From contig JBJXGI010000063.1 in assembly GCA_046153645.1 (NCBI GenBank), positions 1 through 57,110 of the forward strand: DNA of 57,110 nucleotides, given 5' to 3'. Shown here one piece after another: positions 9,728-19,337 of this stretch. The position numbers and the translations under genes were made by a program. The notes under the pieces are model-generated. The model made no database searches. It saw only the letters and a program-made list of their open reading frames with translations, and had not been told where the DNA came from. Every line of letters begins with the position of its first letter. Position 1 is the first letter of the stretch. The stretch is from Elusimicrobiota bacterium. Its GTDB lineage: Bacteria > Elusimicrobiota > Elusimicrobia > F11.

Positions 9728-10469
9728 TTTCCAAACTCACTTTAAAAAATGGATATCGGAAAGGAAGAAATTTATTTTCAAATATGAGATCACTTTCATT
9801 TTCCGGGAATCCACTATTGAAGCCTTTCTCTTTGGCCAATCGAGATTGAATTCGTCCTCTATATTGAGACCTTACTTTCCAATTCCATAACCCAACCATT
9901 GATTGGAATTGGAATTGTTTTTCTGCCGTCAACATGGACTCATTTCCTTCCTCGAGATTAATTCCAGGTAACTTCCAAAGCCGTTTATACCACAGCCCTT
10001 GGACAAAAAGTTTTTCACCAAATTGATTAATAATAACGCCATCTTTTGGTTCCAACTCAAGCTGAGAAGTTTTAATGCCGGTGGAAAACGAAGAAAAACT
10101 AGACACGTCATAGACCTTCTTCATTAAGTTCTGATAAGACGTTAATCGTGCTTTATAAGCCGGAATGGCATTCTTTAATTCTTTTGCTTTTTGGAGAATG
10201 AACGCACGATCAACCTCGGTAAAGGCCAATTGACGAGACCCATTAAGAAATATTTTTGAACCAAAATCATTCCACCGATAGGGAATAGTTTCCCAAATTT
10301 GAGATTTGAGTCTTAAAAGTGAACAAAGGAGCGCTTCTCCTTTAGAGTTTATTTTTTCAACCTGAATAACAACCTGCGAAACGCATAAAACAAATTGGAA
10401 ATACATAAAAATAATGAGAAGAAAAAATATAAACATCACCAATACTGAACCCTTACATTTTTGATTCAT
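9714..10469 (-). CDS. TadG-like pilus-associated protein
   Basis: KG-SVLVMF prepilin-like N-terminus; position within the tad cluster. Confidence 0.55.
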   Translation of the reverse strand: MNQKCKGSVLVMFIFFLLIIFMYFQFVLCVSQVVIQVEKINSKGEALLCSLLRLKSQIWETIPYRWNDFGSKIFLNGSRQLAFTEVDRAFILQKAKELKNAIPAYKARLTSYQNLMKKVYDVSSFSSFSTGIKTSQLELEPKDGVIINQFGEKLFVQGLWYKRLWKLPGINLEEGNESMLTAEKQFQFQSMVGLWNWKVRSQYRGRIQSRLAKEKGFNSGFPENESDLIFENKFLPFRYPFFKVSLESVQN

Positions 10470-10876
10470 AAAGAATTAATAACCCAATCATGAGTTGTTA
10501 GTTTTTTATAAAAAGGAAAAAATCCAAATCGACGCTGTATAGTAAAGGAAAAATTCCAAATAACAATATTTTTTAAATAGGGGAACGTTTGGACCGAATA
10601 CTTAATTTCACTTACTTTCAAATGTTGCTTATGAAGAGATTGAACCGCGTAGCTTCTGGCGTCTTCAGGCGTTTTAAATGACTTGCCTTCAATATGCTGA
10701 ATTAGATGAATAACAGTGCGACGCAAAAAAATCTTCTCAAGCCCCAACAAACCAACATCAAACAAGACCAAAAAAAACAAACCAATTAAAGGAAAAATAA
10801 AAGCAGCCTCAACCGTGGCATTTCCAAGGTTTATAAACAAAAAATATCTATTTTTTTGACAATGAATTTTTCCCAT
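10466..10876 (-). CDS. TadE-like pseudopilin
   Basis: G-NATVEAAFIFP motif. Confidence 0.75.
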   Translation of the reverse strand: MGKIHCQKNRYFLFINLGNATVEAAFIFPLIGLFFLVLFDVGLLGLEKIFLRRTVIHLIQHIEGKSFKTPEDARSYAVQSLHKQHLKVSEIKYSVQTFPYLKNIVIWNFSFTIQRRFGFFPFYKKLTTHDWVINSL

Positions 10877-10934
10877 AAATTGGGAGGGGATTTACAGAAG
10901 GAGAAAAAAGAAGGGGACTAATAAAATATTTATA

Positions 10935-11843
10935 CTAGTTTTTCGTCGGAGAAGTCAATTTATTTTTTTGGCGGGCCCTTTTATCTTGTTCGCGGCGAAA
11001 ATATCCACGAAATCTAAAAACGACATTTTTCTTGAATTTCAAAAACAATTCATTCGAAGCGGCCATAAGCTCTTGTTCGTCAACCCCAATTAAATTGGAC
11101 ATGGAAATTGCGAATGAATCAATTTCCTTTTGAAGAATAGATTCAAAACCCGATTGATAGACATTCAGGTCTTCCCGATATTTCATCCATAAAGATAAAT
11201 CATGAGAACTTGCCTCTTTAATTTCTGCCCAGTACAAAGTACGCACTGTCATACTCGAATCTAAAATAACATCGGCCCATTGAAAACCAGAACCTTGATT
11301 TCTATAGTTTCCAGTCCAACTAAAAGTCAGAACAGGCTGGCCGTTCTTAGTGCCCACGACAGCATCTGATTCCAATATTTTTAACTGAGCTTCAATTTTT
11401 TTCTGGGCCTCTAAGAAATTTTCAGCAGAAATAGCCATTTCAGTTTTAGCAATTCTTTCATTAGAAGTTAAAACCCCTTTTTTTGATTGCGTTATTTTTT
11501 GGTTTTGGCCCGCCGCAACAGGAACTGAGGATTTCAATTCGATCTGAGCGGGCTTTAGTTTATCAGGTTGAACAGAAGGAATGGGCTTGGGAGACTCCAG
11601 TTGAGAATGATACGTAATCACTTTTTTGGGAATTTCAACAACGCTTTCCGACCTTACAATTTTTGATATCTTTTTTTTATTAACGCGCAAAATCATATTG
11701 GCCCCTATATCAAGAACCACTTCTTCATGATCTTCAGAAATGATTTTCCCATAGAGAGATTTCCCTTCGTTCAAAATAATTTGATCAGAAGAAAAAACAG
11801 GGATACAAAATAAAAAAAGAATTAAAAAAACAAAGAATTTCAT
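10935..11843 (-). CDS. Secreted hypothetical protein with a degenerate DUF922-like C-terminal domain
   Basis: Signal peptide, DQIILNEGKSLYGKIISED small beta domain, Pro-rich linker; C-terminus resembles DUF922 but has no HExxH. Confidence 0.55.
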   Translation of the reverse strand: MKFFVFLILFLFCIPVFSSDQIILNEGKSLYGKIISEDHEEVVLDIGANMILRVNKKKISKIVRSESVVEIPKKVITYHSQLESPKPIPSVQPDKLKPAQIELKSSVPVAAGQNQKITQSKKGVLTSNERIAKTEMAISAENFLEAQKKIEAQLKILESDAVVGTKNGQPVLTFSWTGNYRNQGSGFQWADVILDSSMTVRTLYWAEIKEASSHDLSLWMKYREDLNVYQSGFESILQKEIDSFAISMSNLIGVDEQELMAASNELFLKFKKNVVFRFRGYFRREQDKRARQKNKLTSPTKN

Positions 11844-13483
11844 TATCGCTTAAACTTCCTATTATTTTTTTCACCAAAACCAAGACTGGCCCCAATATTA
11901 AAAATGAGTCGCGATTTTCGGTCATTATTCTGAAGAGCATAGGCGACATCTATACGAATAAATCCTGGATCTACTGAACGAGATGGTGCAAATCGAAGCC
12001 CCAGCCCCACATTGCTTTTCACCTTGTTCATTGACAGTTTTTCTCCTTCCCGAGCTATCACACCCATATCAGCAAACACAGCCCAACCCCAGTGCATGAG
12101 GCTTAACCAATCATATAATAGGATTTGGCGATCTTCTAAAGTGAGTAAAACCTTTTTATTTCCATCAAATTGACGAATAGAATATCCTCGGAGCCCGTTT
12201 TCACCACCCAACAGCAGTTGATCCTCAGGATCTGGATTAATCAACGTTTTATATTCTAAACGAGAAAAAGCGGTATGCGATTTCCACCAATCTTTAAAAA
12301 AATAAAAACTGACCAATCGACTCGTTCCAGCTATTGTTTTTCCACTTTCATATCGAGAATCGTACTCATAATGGTTCATCCAATACTGTTTTGGGAAAAA
12401 GGAAAAATTCTTAGTGAACTTGGTTCTGTAATGGATAGAGTTATGAGTGGCACCTAAACTTTTAAGTGATGGCCCCCCCTCTATTGTAGCTTGCCATCCT
12501 AAATTAATATCTTCAACTCGATCAAAGGTAAAAAGTCCTTGCTCTTTAATAAATCTCTGCCGGGAAAATTCGAACCCACTTAAAATAACACTGTGTGTCC
12601 TTCTTTGAGGTAATTGAATAGAAGAAAAGGGCTCCATATTCGAAAATCGACTCTCATCAAATTCATAGGCGCCGAACCAACGGATAATTTTATCAGAACT
12701 CTCTACAATTTTATGCGAGTAAAAAGCCCGCCCATAAGCTTCTTTCTGATCAAATTTAGAAATAATATTTCTATCCCTATAAAATTCAATTTCGTTGTTT
12801 GCTTTTCTCCACTGAACACCCTGCGATGAAGGGGTATAACGCGAAAAATAAGGCCGACTTAAATCAACAACCAATTCATTTCCTTTATTATCACCGGCGT
12901 AAGTACTTGCCAATTCCCATCTGGTTTTTAAAAATTGACGGTCTCTAAAAAAGTACCCGTTTCCAAAACGATCGGCGTCTTGACGAACATAAGCCCCCAC
13001 AACCATTCCTTGGCCAAGAAAATTATTTTCTAAAATACCAAAACGGTAATAGTTTTCGCCTCCCGCGGCTCCATATGTGAGTTGAATGGAAGTGGTCCAA
13101 ACATCTTGAGTTTCAATCAAAATATCTACAGATTCTTCATCAATGACTTGTGCCTGAATGACAACCGACCTGAAAATGGGGCGCCGCCTCAAAATGCGTT
13201 CTGACTCTTCGAGCTTTTCTAAATCAATAAAATTTCCCTCTTGAAACAGAATTTCTCGACGAATAAAACTCTCTTTCGTGACAATATGAAGACGATTGGC
13301 TAGGGAAAAAGGAAAATCTTTTTGAAAAGGGGTTCCATCAAAAAGATTTTTTCTGTTAATAAGAATATGACGAATTTTCTGTGATTGGACTTGAGTAAAA
13401 GCTGGTGAAATCAATCCGAAAAGAATGGCTAGGAATAAAGTACGCCAAATAAGAAAACTAAACCGCAAGTTGTCGAGACACAA
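11843..13483 (-). CDS. Omp85/BamA-TamA family outer-membrane protein
   Basis: POTRA-like segment (TKESFIRREILF..G...ESERILR), ENNFLGQG, LGGENGLRGY, GLGLRF and IRIDVAY. Confidence 0.9.
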   Translation of the reverse strand: MCLDNLRFSFLIWRTLFLAILFGLISPAFTQVQSQKIRHILINRKNLFDGTPFQKDFPFSLANRLHIVTKESFIRREILFQEGNFIDLEKLEESERILRRRPIFRSVVIQAQVIDEESVDILIETQDVWTTSIQLTYGAAGGENYYRFGILENNFLGQGMVVGAYVRQDADRFGNGYFFRDRQFLKTRWELASTYAGDNKGNELVVDLSRPYFSRYTPSSQGVQWRKANNEIEFYRDRNIISKFDQKEAYGRAFYSHKIVESSDKIIRWFGAYEFDESRFSNMEPFSSIQLPQRRTHSVILSGFEFSRQRFIKEQGLFTFDRVEDINLGWQATIEGGPSLKSLGATHNSIHYRTKFTKNFSFFPKQYWMNHYEYDSRYESGKTIAGTSRLVSFYFFKDWWKSHTAFSRLEYKTLINPDPEDQLLLGGENGLRGYSIRQFDGNKKVLLTLEDRQILLYDWLSLMHWGWAVFADMGVIAREGEKLSMNKVKSNVGLGLRFAPSRSVDPGFIRIDVAYALQNNDRKSRLIFNIGASLGFGEKNNRKFKR

Positions 13484-14300
13484 ACCGGATAACAGTTTCC
13501 GGGGTGGGATCTTTTAAAAGAAGAGTTTGTATGTTTTTCAAGATTTGTGAGAACTCCTGTTGTAACTCTTTAAAAATTAGTAACGAAGCGGGGTTACTGG
13601 TGTATGTTACTGCACAAGTACCGTACTTGTCATTAGAAATTGGTGAAGTATACATACCAAACCAATCAACCAACTCGGTGAGATGCTGAGACCTTTGAGA
13701 ATCTTCTTTAATAAGTAAATTGACTACCTCTGGGAGCTTTTTCATGTCTGGCAAGGAAAAGAAAGAAATGCCATTGGTATCATCCTCTGAGCGATTCGCG
13801 ACAAAAAGCCTCCATAAACTTCCAAAAGTAGGATCTTTAACAATGCTTTGAGGCTGCCAGAAAGGAACCCAATTAATACTTAACTTACCAGAATAAGACC
13901 CCTCTAAATAATAAACACATCCTTGACCTTTTAAAAAAGTTTGCCGGTCTGACTCTTTTAAATTACGCCAGGCCAAATCTTTTAAGCTCCCTGGAAAAAT
14001 GACAAATAAATTAGATCCACCTATTTTCTTTAACATTGAAAGGAATATGGCATCAAATAAACTCTGGGAGTGGGTAATATTCCAATAATCACTTAAACGT
14101 TTTATATCGCCATCTATATCTGTTTTATAACTCCACCAGGGGAATAAGGCCTGCCGGGCCTCAACTGTCATTGACCAAATAGACATTTTAGGATCATGCA
14201 CGTCGTAGATATGATACTGAGGGTTAACCAATTTCTTGAAATCTATATCCTTGGCTAACTCTCCAGCGTCTTCATTTAATTTAATAACATCAATTCCCAT
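13458..14300 (-). CDS. Hypothetical protein
   Basis: Long ORF with an AAGGA SD 7 nt before ATG 14300; no family recognised. Confidence 0.6.
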   Translation of the reverse strand: MGIDVIKLNEDAGELAKDIDFKKLVNPQYHIYDVHDPKMSIWSMTVEARQALFPWWSYKTDIDGDIKRLSDYWNITHSQSLFDAIFLSMLKKIGGSNLFVIFPGSLKDLAWRNLKESDRQTFLKGQGCVYYLEGSYSGKLSINWVPFWQPQSIVKDPTFGSLWRLFVANRSEDDTNGISFFSLPDMKKLPEVVNLLIKEDSQRSQHLTELVDWFGMYTSPISNDKYGTCAVTYTSNPASLLIFKELQQEFSQILKNIQTLLLKDPTPETVIRFVSRQLAV

Positions 14301-14425
14301 AACATTTTCCTTTGACAAAAATGTAGCAGGGATGTCATTAAATTGCCATATTGAGTGACCAGAGTCACAGACGGAAAAACGAGTTGATTTTCAGTATTAA
14401 TTATGGAATGTGTTTTTAATTATTC

Positions 14426-15001
14426 TTAACTGGCTAAGAGTTGCTCTACTTTTTTAAGTAATTGTTTCGGTATAAATGGCTTGGCGAGAAAGTCATTGGC
14501 CCCAGAATCAAGAATCCTTTTTTGATTGGCTGGTGTAACATATCCAGTAATGGCTAGAACTTTTGTCTTTTTCTTTTTCTCAGTCTTTTTCATTGAAGCG
14601 CAAATATCAAAACCATCAACACCCGGCAGATACAAGTCTAAAACAACCAAATCTGGTTTAAACGAAACCCATTTTTGTCCCGCAGAAAACCCATCCTTAG
14701 CGGTTTCAACAATGAATGGAATAGATATTTTCTTTAAAGACCGCAAAATGATTTTTAACAATTCCGCGTCATCATCTACAACTAAAATTCGCCTTTCTTG
14801 ATTTTTTAACTCATCAGGAATGGGCATTTTATATTTATTAAAAAATTCAACGAGATCTTGCTCTTGAATGCGGCGGTGACCTCCGGGGGTTTTATAAGCC
14901 TTTAATTTCCCTTGATTAACCCAAGACATGACAGTGGTGATATCTACCGAGCAAAACTGGCTCACTTGGAATGTGGTATAGATTCGATCAGGCATAAACA
15001 T
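14426..15001 (-). CDS. Response regulator with N-terminal excisionase/MerR-like HTH (HTH_17) and C-terminal receiver domain
   Basis: YTTFQVSQFCSVDITTVMSWVNQGKLKAYKTPGGHRRI; receiver motifs VVDDD, LDLYLPG, ITG and KP. Confidence 0.92.
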   Translation of the reverse strand: MFMPDRIYTTFQVSQFCSVDITTVMSWVNQGKLKAYKTPGGHRRIQEQDLVEFFNKYKMPIPDELKNQERRILVVDDDAELLKIILRSLKKISIPFIVETAKDGFSAGQKWVSFKPDLVVLDLYLPGVDGFDICASMKKTEKKKKTKVLAITGYVTPANQKRILDSGANDFLAKPFIPKQLLKKVEQLLAS

Positions 15002-15085
15002 TCTCTCCGTACGATAACATATTAAGCATTTTAGCTCATTTTCCGACGATTAAAAGAAAATAAATGACGGAAAGAAAAAATAAAA

Positions 15086-15126
15086 CTTATTATACATATT
15101 ATTCATATTTATCATATAATTCATAT
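15086..15126. promoter_or_regulatory. Five direct repeats at exact 9-bp period in the divergent promoter
   Basis: CTTAT 15086, then CATAT at 15095, 15104, 15113 and 15122; overlaps TATAAT at 15116-15121. Confidence 0.6.
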
Positions 15127-15131
15127 ATTAG

Positions 15132-16271
15132 ATGCAGATCTCTCAACCGGCTCTTATGACTGATCGTCGTATCACCAATCGGTGGGTGCCATACCGGCAT
15201 TATCCGTCATTTTTATTTATTCATCGCCTTGGAATTGCTGTCCCCATTAAAAAAATAAATGATGTTAATCAGCAGGGCCTATCCTGCTTTATCGCACAAA
15301 AACTTGAGTCCAAAGAAAGAATTCAATTGGGAGTTCAAATCGGATCCCAAACAAAAGAGTCGATAGAAATACCAGGGGAGGTTCTAAGCACAGAACCACA
15401 TTCAAATATTCCATCCTTATATATATGCCGCATCAAAGTTTTACCTACCATTGAAACTCAATCCAAAATAATTAATTTTCTAAATAGACTTAACAGCGGC
15501 AAAGATGGCATATGGGATAGGAGAGGTGCTGGGCGACAAGCTAATTGCTGGAAAATATACAACCCTCAGCTATACGCAACCCACCAATTAAGCCGTGAAA
15601 ATGAAAACATTACAGTTCGTAACCTTAGAGCAGATGACATTGAAGAACTGCTACGAGTCGAAATATCAGCTTGGGGTGAAGAAATGGCGGCCACTCGAGA
15701 AATGTTTCAATCTAGACTTGAAACGTTTCCAGAAGGAATGATTGGTGCTTTTTCTCAGGAAAAACTATTGGGATATATTTGTCTCATTCGATTTAATAGC
15801 TCTTCTTGTGATAAAGAAATTACCTGGCTTGGGGTGACAGATAACGGATTTATTAAAAATTCCCACAATCCTGAAGGTGATTGTCTCTACGGAGTAAGCC
15901 TTAGCTCATCTCCAGGCTCACCCAAAGAGTTGGCGGTTAAACTCATTAAAGCGGCCGCCAAGCTGTCCATGAGATTAGAATTGAAGGGTGTTTTATTTGG
16001 AGCAAGAGTCCCGAGCTATCATAAATATGCCGCGAAAATGACAATTGATGAATATATGAAAGCCCGAACATCAAAAGGAAAAATGCTAGATCCTGAGCTT
16101 TACTTTTATCGCCAAGTAAACGCTTGCCCCCTAAAACCCCTTCCCAACTATTTTGAAGACCCTGAAAGTCTTAACTACGGTGTATTGGGTTTTTTTGAAA
16201 ACCCTCTCTATGCACTTCAAAAGAGAGAATTTCCCTTTTTTTTCGACAGCGTTAGCATTCATTTCACATAA
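15132..16271 (+). CDS. PilZ domain fused to a YkwB-like GNAT acyltransferase
   Basis: RRITNR and DVNQQG (PilZ RxxxR and D/NxSxxG-like); GNAT motifs SRLETFPEG, WLGVTDNGFI..SHNPEGD.LYGV, GARVPSY, DPELYF and NYFEDPESLNYG...ENP. Confidence 0.8.
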   Translation: MQISQPALMTDRRITNRWVPYRHYPSFLFIHRLGIAVPIKKINDVNQQGLSCFIAQKLESKERIQLGVQIGSQTKESIEIPGEVLSTEPHSNIPSLYICRIKVLPTIETQSKIINFLNRLNSGKDGIWDRRGAGRQANCWKIYNPQLYATHQLSRENENITVRNLRADDIEELLRVEISAWGEEMAATREMFQSRLETFPEGMIGAFSQEKLLGYICLIRFNSSSCDKEITWLGVTDNGFIKNSHNPEGDCLYGVSLSSSPGSPKELAVKLIKAAAKLSMRLELKGVLFGARVPSYHKYAAKMTIDEYMKARTSKGKMLDPELYFYRQVNACPLKPLPNYFEDPESLNYGVLGFFENPLYALQKREFPFFFDSVSIHFT

Positions 16272-16285
16272 ATCTAGGAGGGCTC

Positions 16286-17302
16286 ATGAACACTGATATA
16301 ACCATCACCCCAGTTAAAACTCTAGTTGAAGAATCAAAATCTGTTTTTTCAAGTACAGATTTAATTTACGATGGTGTTTTTGGAAGAACCATTTCAAGGT
16401 GGACTTTACTTCTTCCAGGTTCAGGCTGTGCGTGGGCCAGAAAAAAACACAAAGGATGCAGTTTCTGTGCTTTCAATGATCGTATCGACGAAGTCACAGG
16501 TGGCCGTCTCATTCCGTTTGAAGAAATGATGGATTTCTTTCACTTCGGATTAGGAAAAATTGGCGCGGCAGAACCAAATCTTTTATCCCTCTTTAACGGC
16601 GGGAATTTTATTAACAATGACGAAATTGTGGAACCTGCTCAAATGGCCATTTTGGAATTCGCTCAACACCATCCAACACTTGAAAAAGTTCTCTTTGAAT
16701 CGAAATTAGAATATTTATCTAACCGGAAACTCGAGGCGTGCTTAAAAGCAATTGGAAATAAGAAAATTCGCATTGGCATTGGTCTTGAATGCAAAGACGA
16801 TTATTTAAGAAATGTCATTATTAACAAAGGACTTTCAAAAGAAGCCTATGAAAAAACCCTTAAAAGACTTAAAAGCATGGGAATTGAAGTGCAATCCTAC
16901 GTATTTATGAAACCTTATTCAGTAACCGAGAAAAAAGCCATCCAAGAAGCCATCGATACTGTTGAATACGCTATTGACTGTGGCTCAGACATTGTAATGC
17001 TAGAAGCAGCGATGGTTCAAAAAGGAACTGCTTTCGAGATTGCGTATAATAAAGGAGAATTTCGTTCCCCTTGGTTATGGAGTATTAAAGAGGTGGTGAA
17101 CAGGGTCGAAAAGTACCCTCAGTTTAACGTAGGGATATTTGATGAAGAACCCAAACCAATCTCTTATCCAAAAAATTGCGATCATTGCACAGATCGATTT
17201 AACCAGGCTTTCCATGTGTTTCGACAAACACATGAATCATTATTATTAAAACAGATTGAATGCGAATGTCGATCCCAATGGGAGAACGTTATTCGATCAT
17301 GA
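16286..17302 (+). CDS. Radical SAM protein of the TIGR01210/RaSEA (archaeosine lyase)-like family
   Basis: GCAWARKKHKGCSFC (CX9CX2C), ESKLEY, GIGLEC, INKG, YVFMKP, VQKGT, FRSPWLWS, NCDHC and CEC..W all match the RaSEA pattern; GGAGG SD. Confidence 0.85.
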   Translation: MNTDITITPVKTLVEESKSVFSSTDLIYDGVFGRTISRWTLLLPGSGCAWARKKHKGCSFCAFNDRIDEVTGGRLIPFEEMMDFFHFGLGKIGAAEPNLLSLFNGGNFINNDEIVEPAQMAILEFAQHHPTLEKVLFESKLEYLSNRKLEACLKAIGNKKIRIGIGLECKDDYLRNVIINKGLSKEAYEKTLKRLKSMGIEVQSYVFMKPYSVTEKKAIQEAIDTVEYAIDCGSDIVMLEAAMVQKGTAFEIAYNKGEFRSPWLWSIKEVVNRVEKYPQFNVGIFDEEPKPISYPKNCDHCTDRFNQAFHVFRQTHESLLLKQIECECRSQWENVIRS

Positions 17303-17311
17303 GAGGGTTTA

Positions 17312-19333
17312 TTGGCGGATTATTTTTTTCTCGTTTTTGTATTGGGAATTTCTGGGTGGCTGAGCGTCAAAGTTTATGAACGACGCTCCAACAACCCAGC
17401 CAACCGTGTATTTGCATTTTTTATTTGGTGCGTGTGGGTTTGGGCGCTTTGTAATTTTTTACAAGCGGAGATTTCAAACAACCTTCTCTTAAGAATTTTA
17501 TTTGGTATAGATTTTTTTGCGGCTATTTTTGCCGCTTATTTTATCTTGATATTTTGCCTTTCCTTTCCCACCTCAAAAATAAATCCAAAAACTCAATTAG
17601 CCCTCATTTCTCCCATTATATTTTTAGGAATTAGTTCATTTACCAAACTTATCATCACCGATGTCACTTTTGAAATCGGGAAACAGGCCATCTATATTCC
17701 AGGCCCGCTATTCCCTCTTTACGCTGTTGTTCATGCAAGTTATGTTTTTATTGGTATTGGTTATTTATTTTATCGATGGCGAAATTTAACCGGCCTGGCC
17801 AAAGTTCAAGTCACCTATATTCTTTTAGGACTCAGTATTTTTTGTGTGATTGCTATCTTCGTTAATCTCATTCTGGCAGCCCTTTTCCCAATTCCTGTTT
17901 TTATTTCTCGAATTGGTATCTATGGAATATTTCCTCTGACCGCCTTCCCTGCCTATGCCATGATCCGCTACCGCTTAATGGATGCCAAACTGATGGTTCG
18001 AGCGACTGGGCACTATTTACTCACCACTGGAATATTAAGCTTTTTCTTCGCAATTTTAATCGCTGCCATTACCAACAACTTTAAAATTAGTTTTTTTTCA
18101 TTTCTTATCTTTTTATTACTCCCTGCCCTTCAAAAACAGCTATCGAACCGTATCGGTTTATGGAAAGTTCAAAGTGGATTGTTAAACCGTGGTCAAATTA
18201 AACAAATCAATTCCATTTCTGATCGAATTAAAAACTCTGGGTATAAAATCTCAGAATTAGCCCAAACCGTAGGAGAAATTCTTCTTGACAGTTTTCCCGT
18301 ATCAAATTGTGCCATCTATATTATGAATGACAGTGGCACACATTTTTCTTTTGAGGCTCCCTCCCAATTTAAAATGAAATTTCCCTCACAGATCCTTCAA
18401 AATGACAGTCTTACAAAACGATTGGAAAATTACCAAAGAGATTTAATCAATACGGTTGAATTTGATTTGCTCATTCAAACCAAATCAACAATAGCCGTTC
18501 CTTTTATTGTTTTAGACCGAGTTGTGGGTTTTATATTAATGGGAGAAAAAGAAGATAAAAAACCTTTTTTTACAAATGAAATAAACGAATTATCATTTAT
18601 TGCGAATGAAACCTCAGTGGCACTGCGTTATGTTTTAGCCGTATCAAAAGCCGCCTCAGAAACAAAACAATGGGCACATAACATGAATCAATACTTAAAA
18701 CCACTTGCTCATGGTTTTAATGTACTGGCGGATATAGACCCCCATATCGCAGAAAATCCTGTTAAAAGAGAAGTGTATCAGAGGATTCAACGCCCTTTAA
18801 ATCGCTTGGCTGATTTCCTTTATTATTTAACTCATCAATCTAGAATGATAGATGAATCCTTACGAAACCGATATCATTTATCTCTTGTAGATTTAGAGGA
18901 AATTATTGATAAAGGTGTTTTCAGTTATCGTTTTAGTTTGGATAAAAAAAATATTTATTATGATCGAAAAATGGCGATACCAAAACAAAGTATTATGGGA
19001 CACACTCAAGACCTCATTTCCCTTTTTGAAGGGTTAACCAGCAATGCCGTTCGTTACACTCCCATCAATGGCACTATTAAAGTAAGAAGCAAAATAAATG
19101 GGGAAACAATTGAAATTCAATATGAAAATGATGGGCCATCTATTCCGACCGATAATTTAAGCCAAATTTTCAATGAAGGATTTCAAATAAAAAATGGCTT
19201 CGAAGGAACGGCTGGGCTTGGTTTAGCTAACACGAAGAGAATTATTGAGATGCATGGGGCTACCATTGAAGCGGAAAATATCGATCAAAATCAAGGCGTT
19301 AGATTCACGATGCGATTTCCTTATAAGAAATAA
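17312..19333 (+). CDS. Sensor histidine kinase: HisKA_7TM N-terminus, GAF-like domain, HATPase
   Basis: Multi-TM N-terminus ending YAMIRYRLMD; GAF segment (AVPF...VVGFILMGEKEDKKPF..NEI); H-box WAHNMNQYL; SNAVRY, NDGPSI and GTAGLGL. Confidence 0.9.
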   Translation: MADYFFLVFVLGISGWLSVKVYERRSNNPANRVFAFFIWCVWVWALCNFLQAEISNNLLLRILFGIDFFAAIFAAYFILIFCLSFPTSKINPKTQLALISPIIFLGISSFTKLIITDVTFEIGKQAIYIPGPLFPLYAVVHASYVFIGIGYLFYRWRNLTGLAKVQVTYILLGLSIFCVIAIFVNLILAALFPIPVFISRIGIYGIFPLTAFPAYAMIRYRLMDAKLMVRATGHYLLTTGILSFFFAILIAAITNNFKISFFSFLIFLLLPALQKQLSNRIGLWKVQSGLLNRGQIKQINSISDRIKNSGYKISELAQTVGEILLDSFPVSNCAIYIMNDSGTHFSFEAPSQFKMKFPSQILQNDSLTKRLENYQRDLINTVEFDLLIQTKSTIAVPFIVLDRVVGFILMGEKEDKKPFFTNEINELSFIANETSVALRYVLAVSKAASETKQWAHNMNQYLKPLAHGFNVLADIDPHIAENPVKREVYQRIQRPLNRLADFLYYLTHQSRMIDESLRNRYHLSLVDLEEIIDKGVFSYRFSLDKKNIYYDRKMAIPKQSIMGHTQDLISLFEGLTSNAVRYTPINGTIKVRSKINGETIEIQYENDGPSIPTDNLSQIFNEGFQIKNGFEGTAGLGLANTKRIIEMHGATIEAENIDQNQGVRFTMRFPYKK

Positions 19334-19337
19334 AAAT

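Noticed and set aside
15132..17302. RiPP cluster (radical SAM plus precursor peptide)
   Set aside because: No precursor ORF, RRE or SPASM motif nearby; the enzyme resembles RaSEA instead
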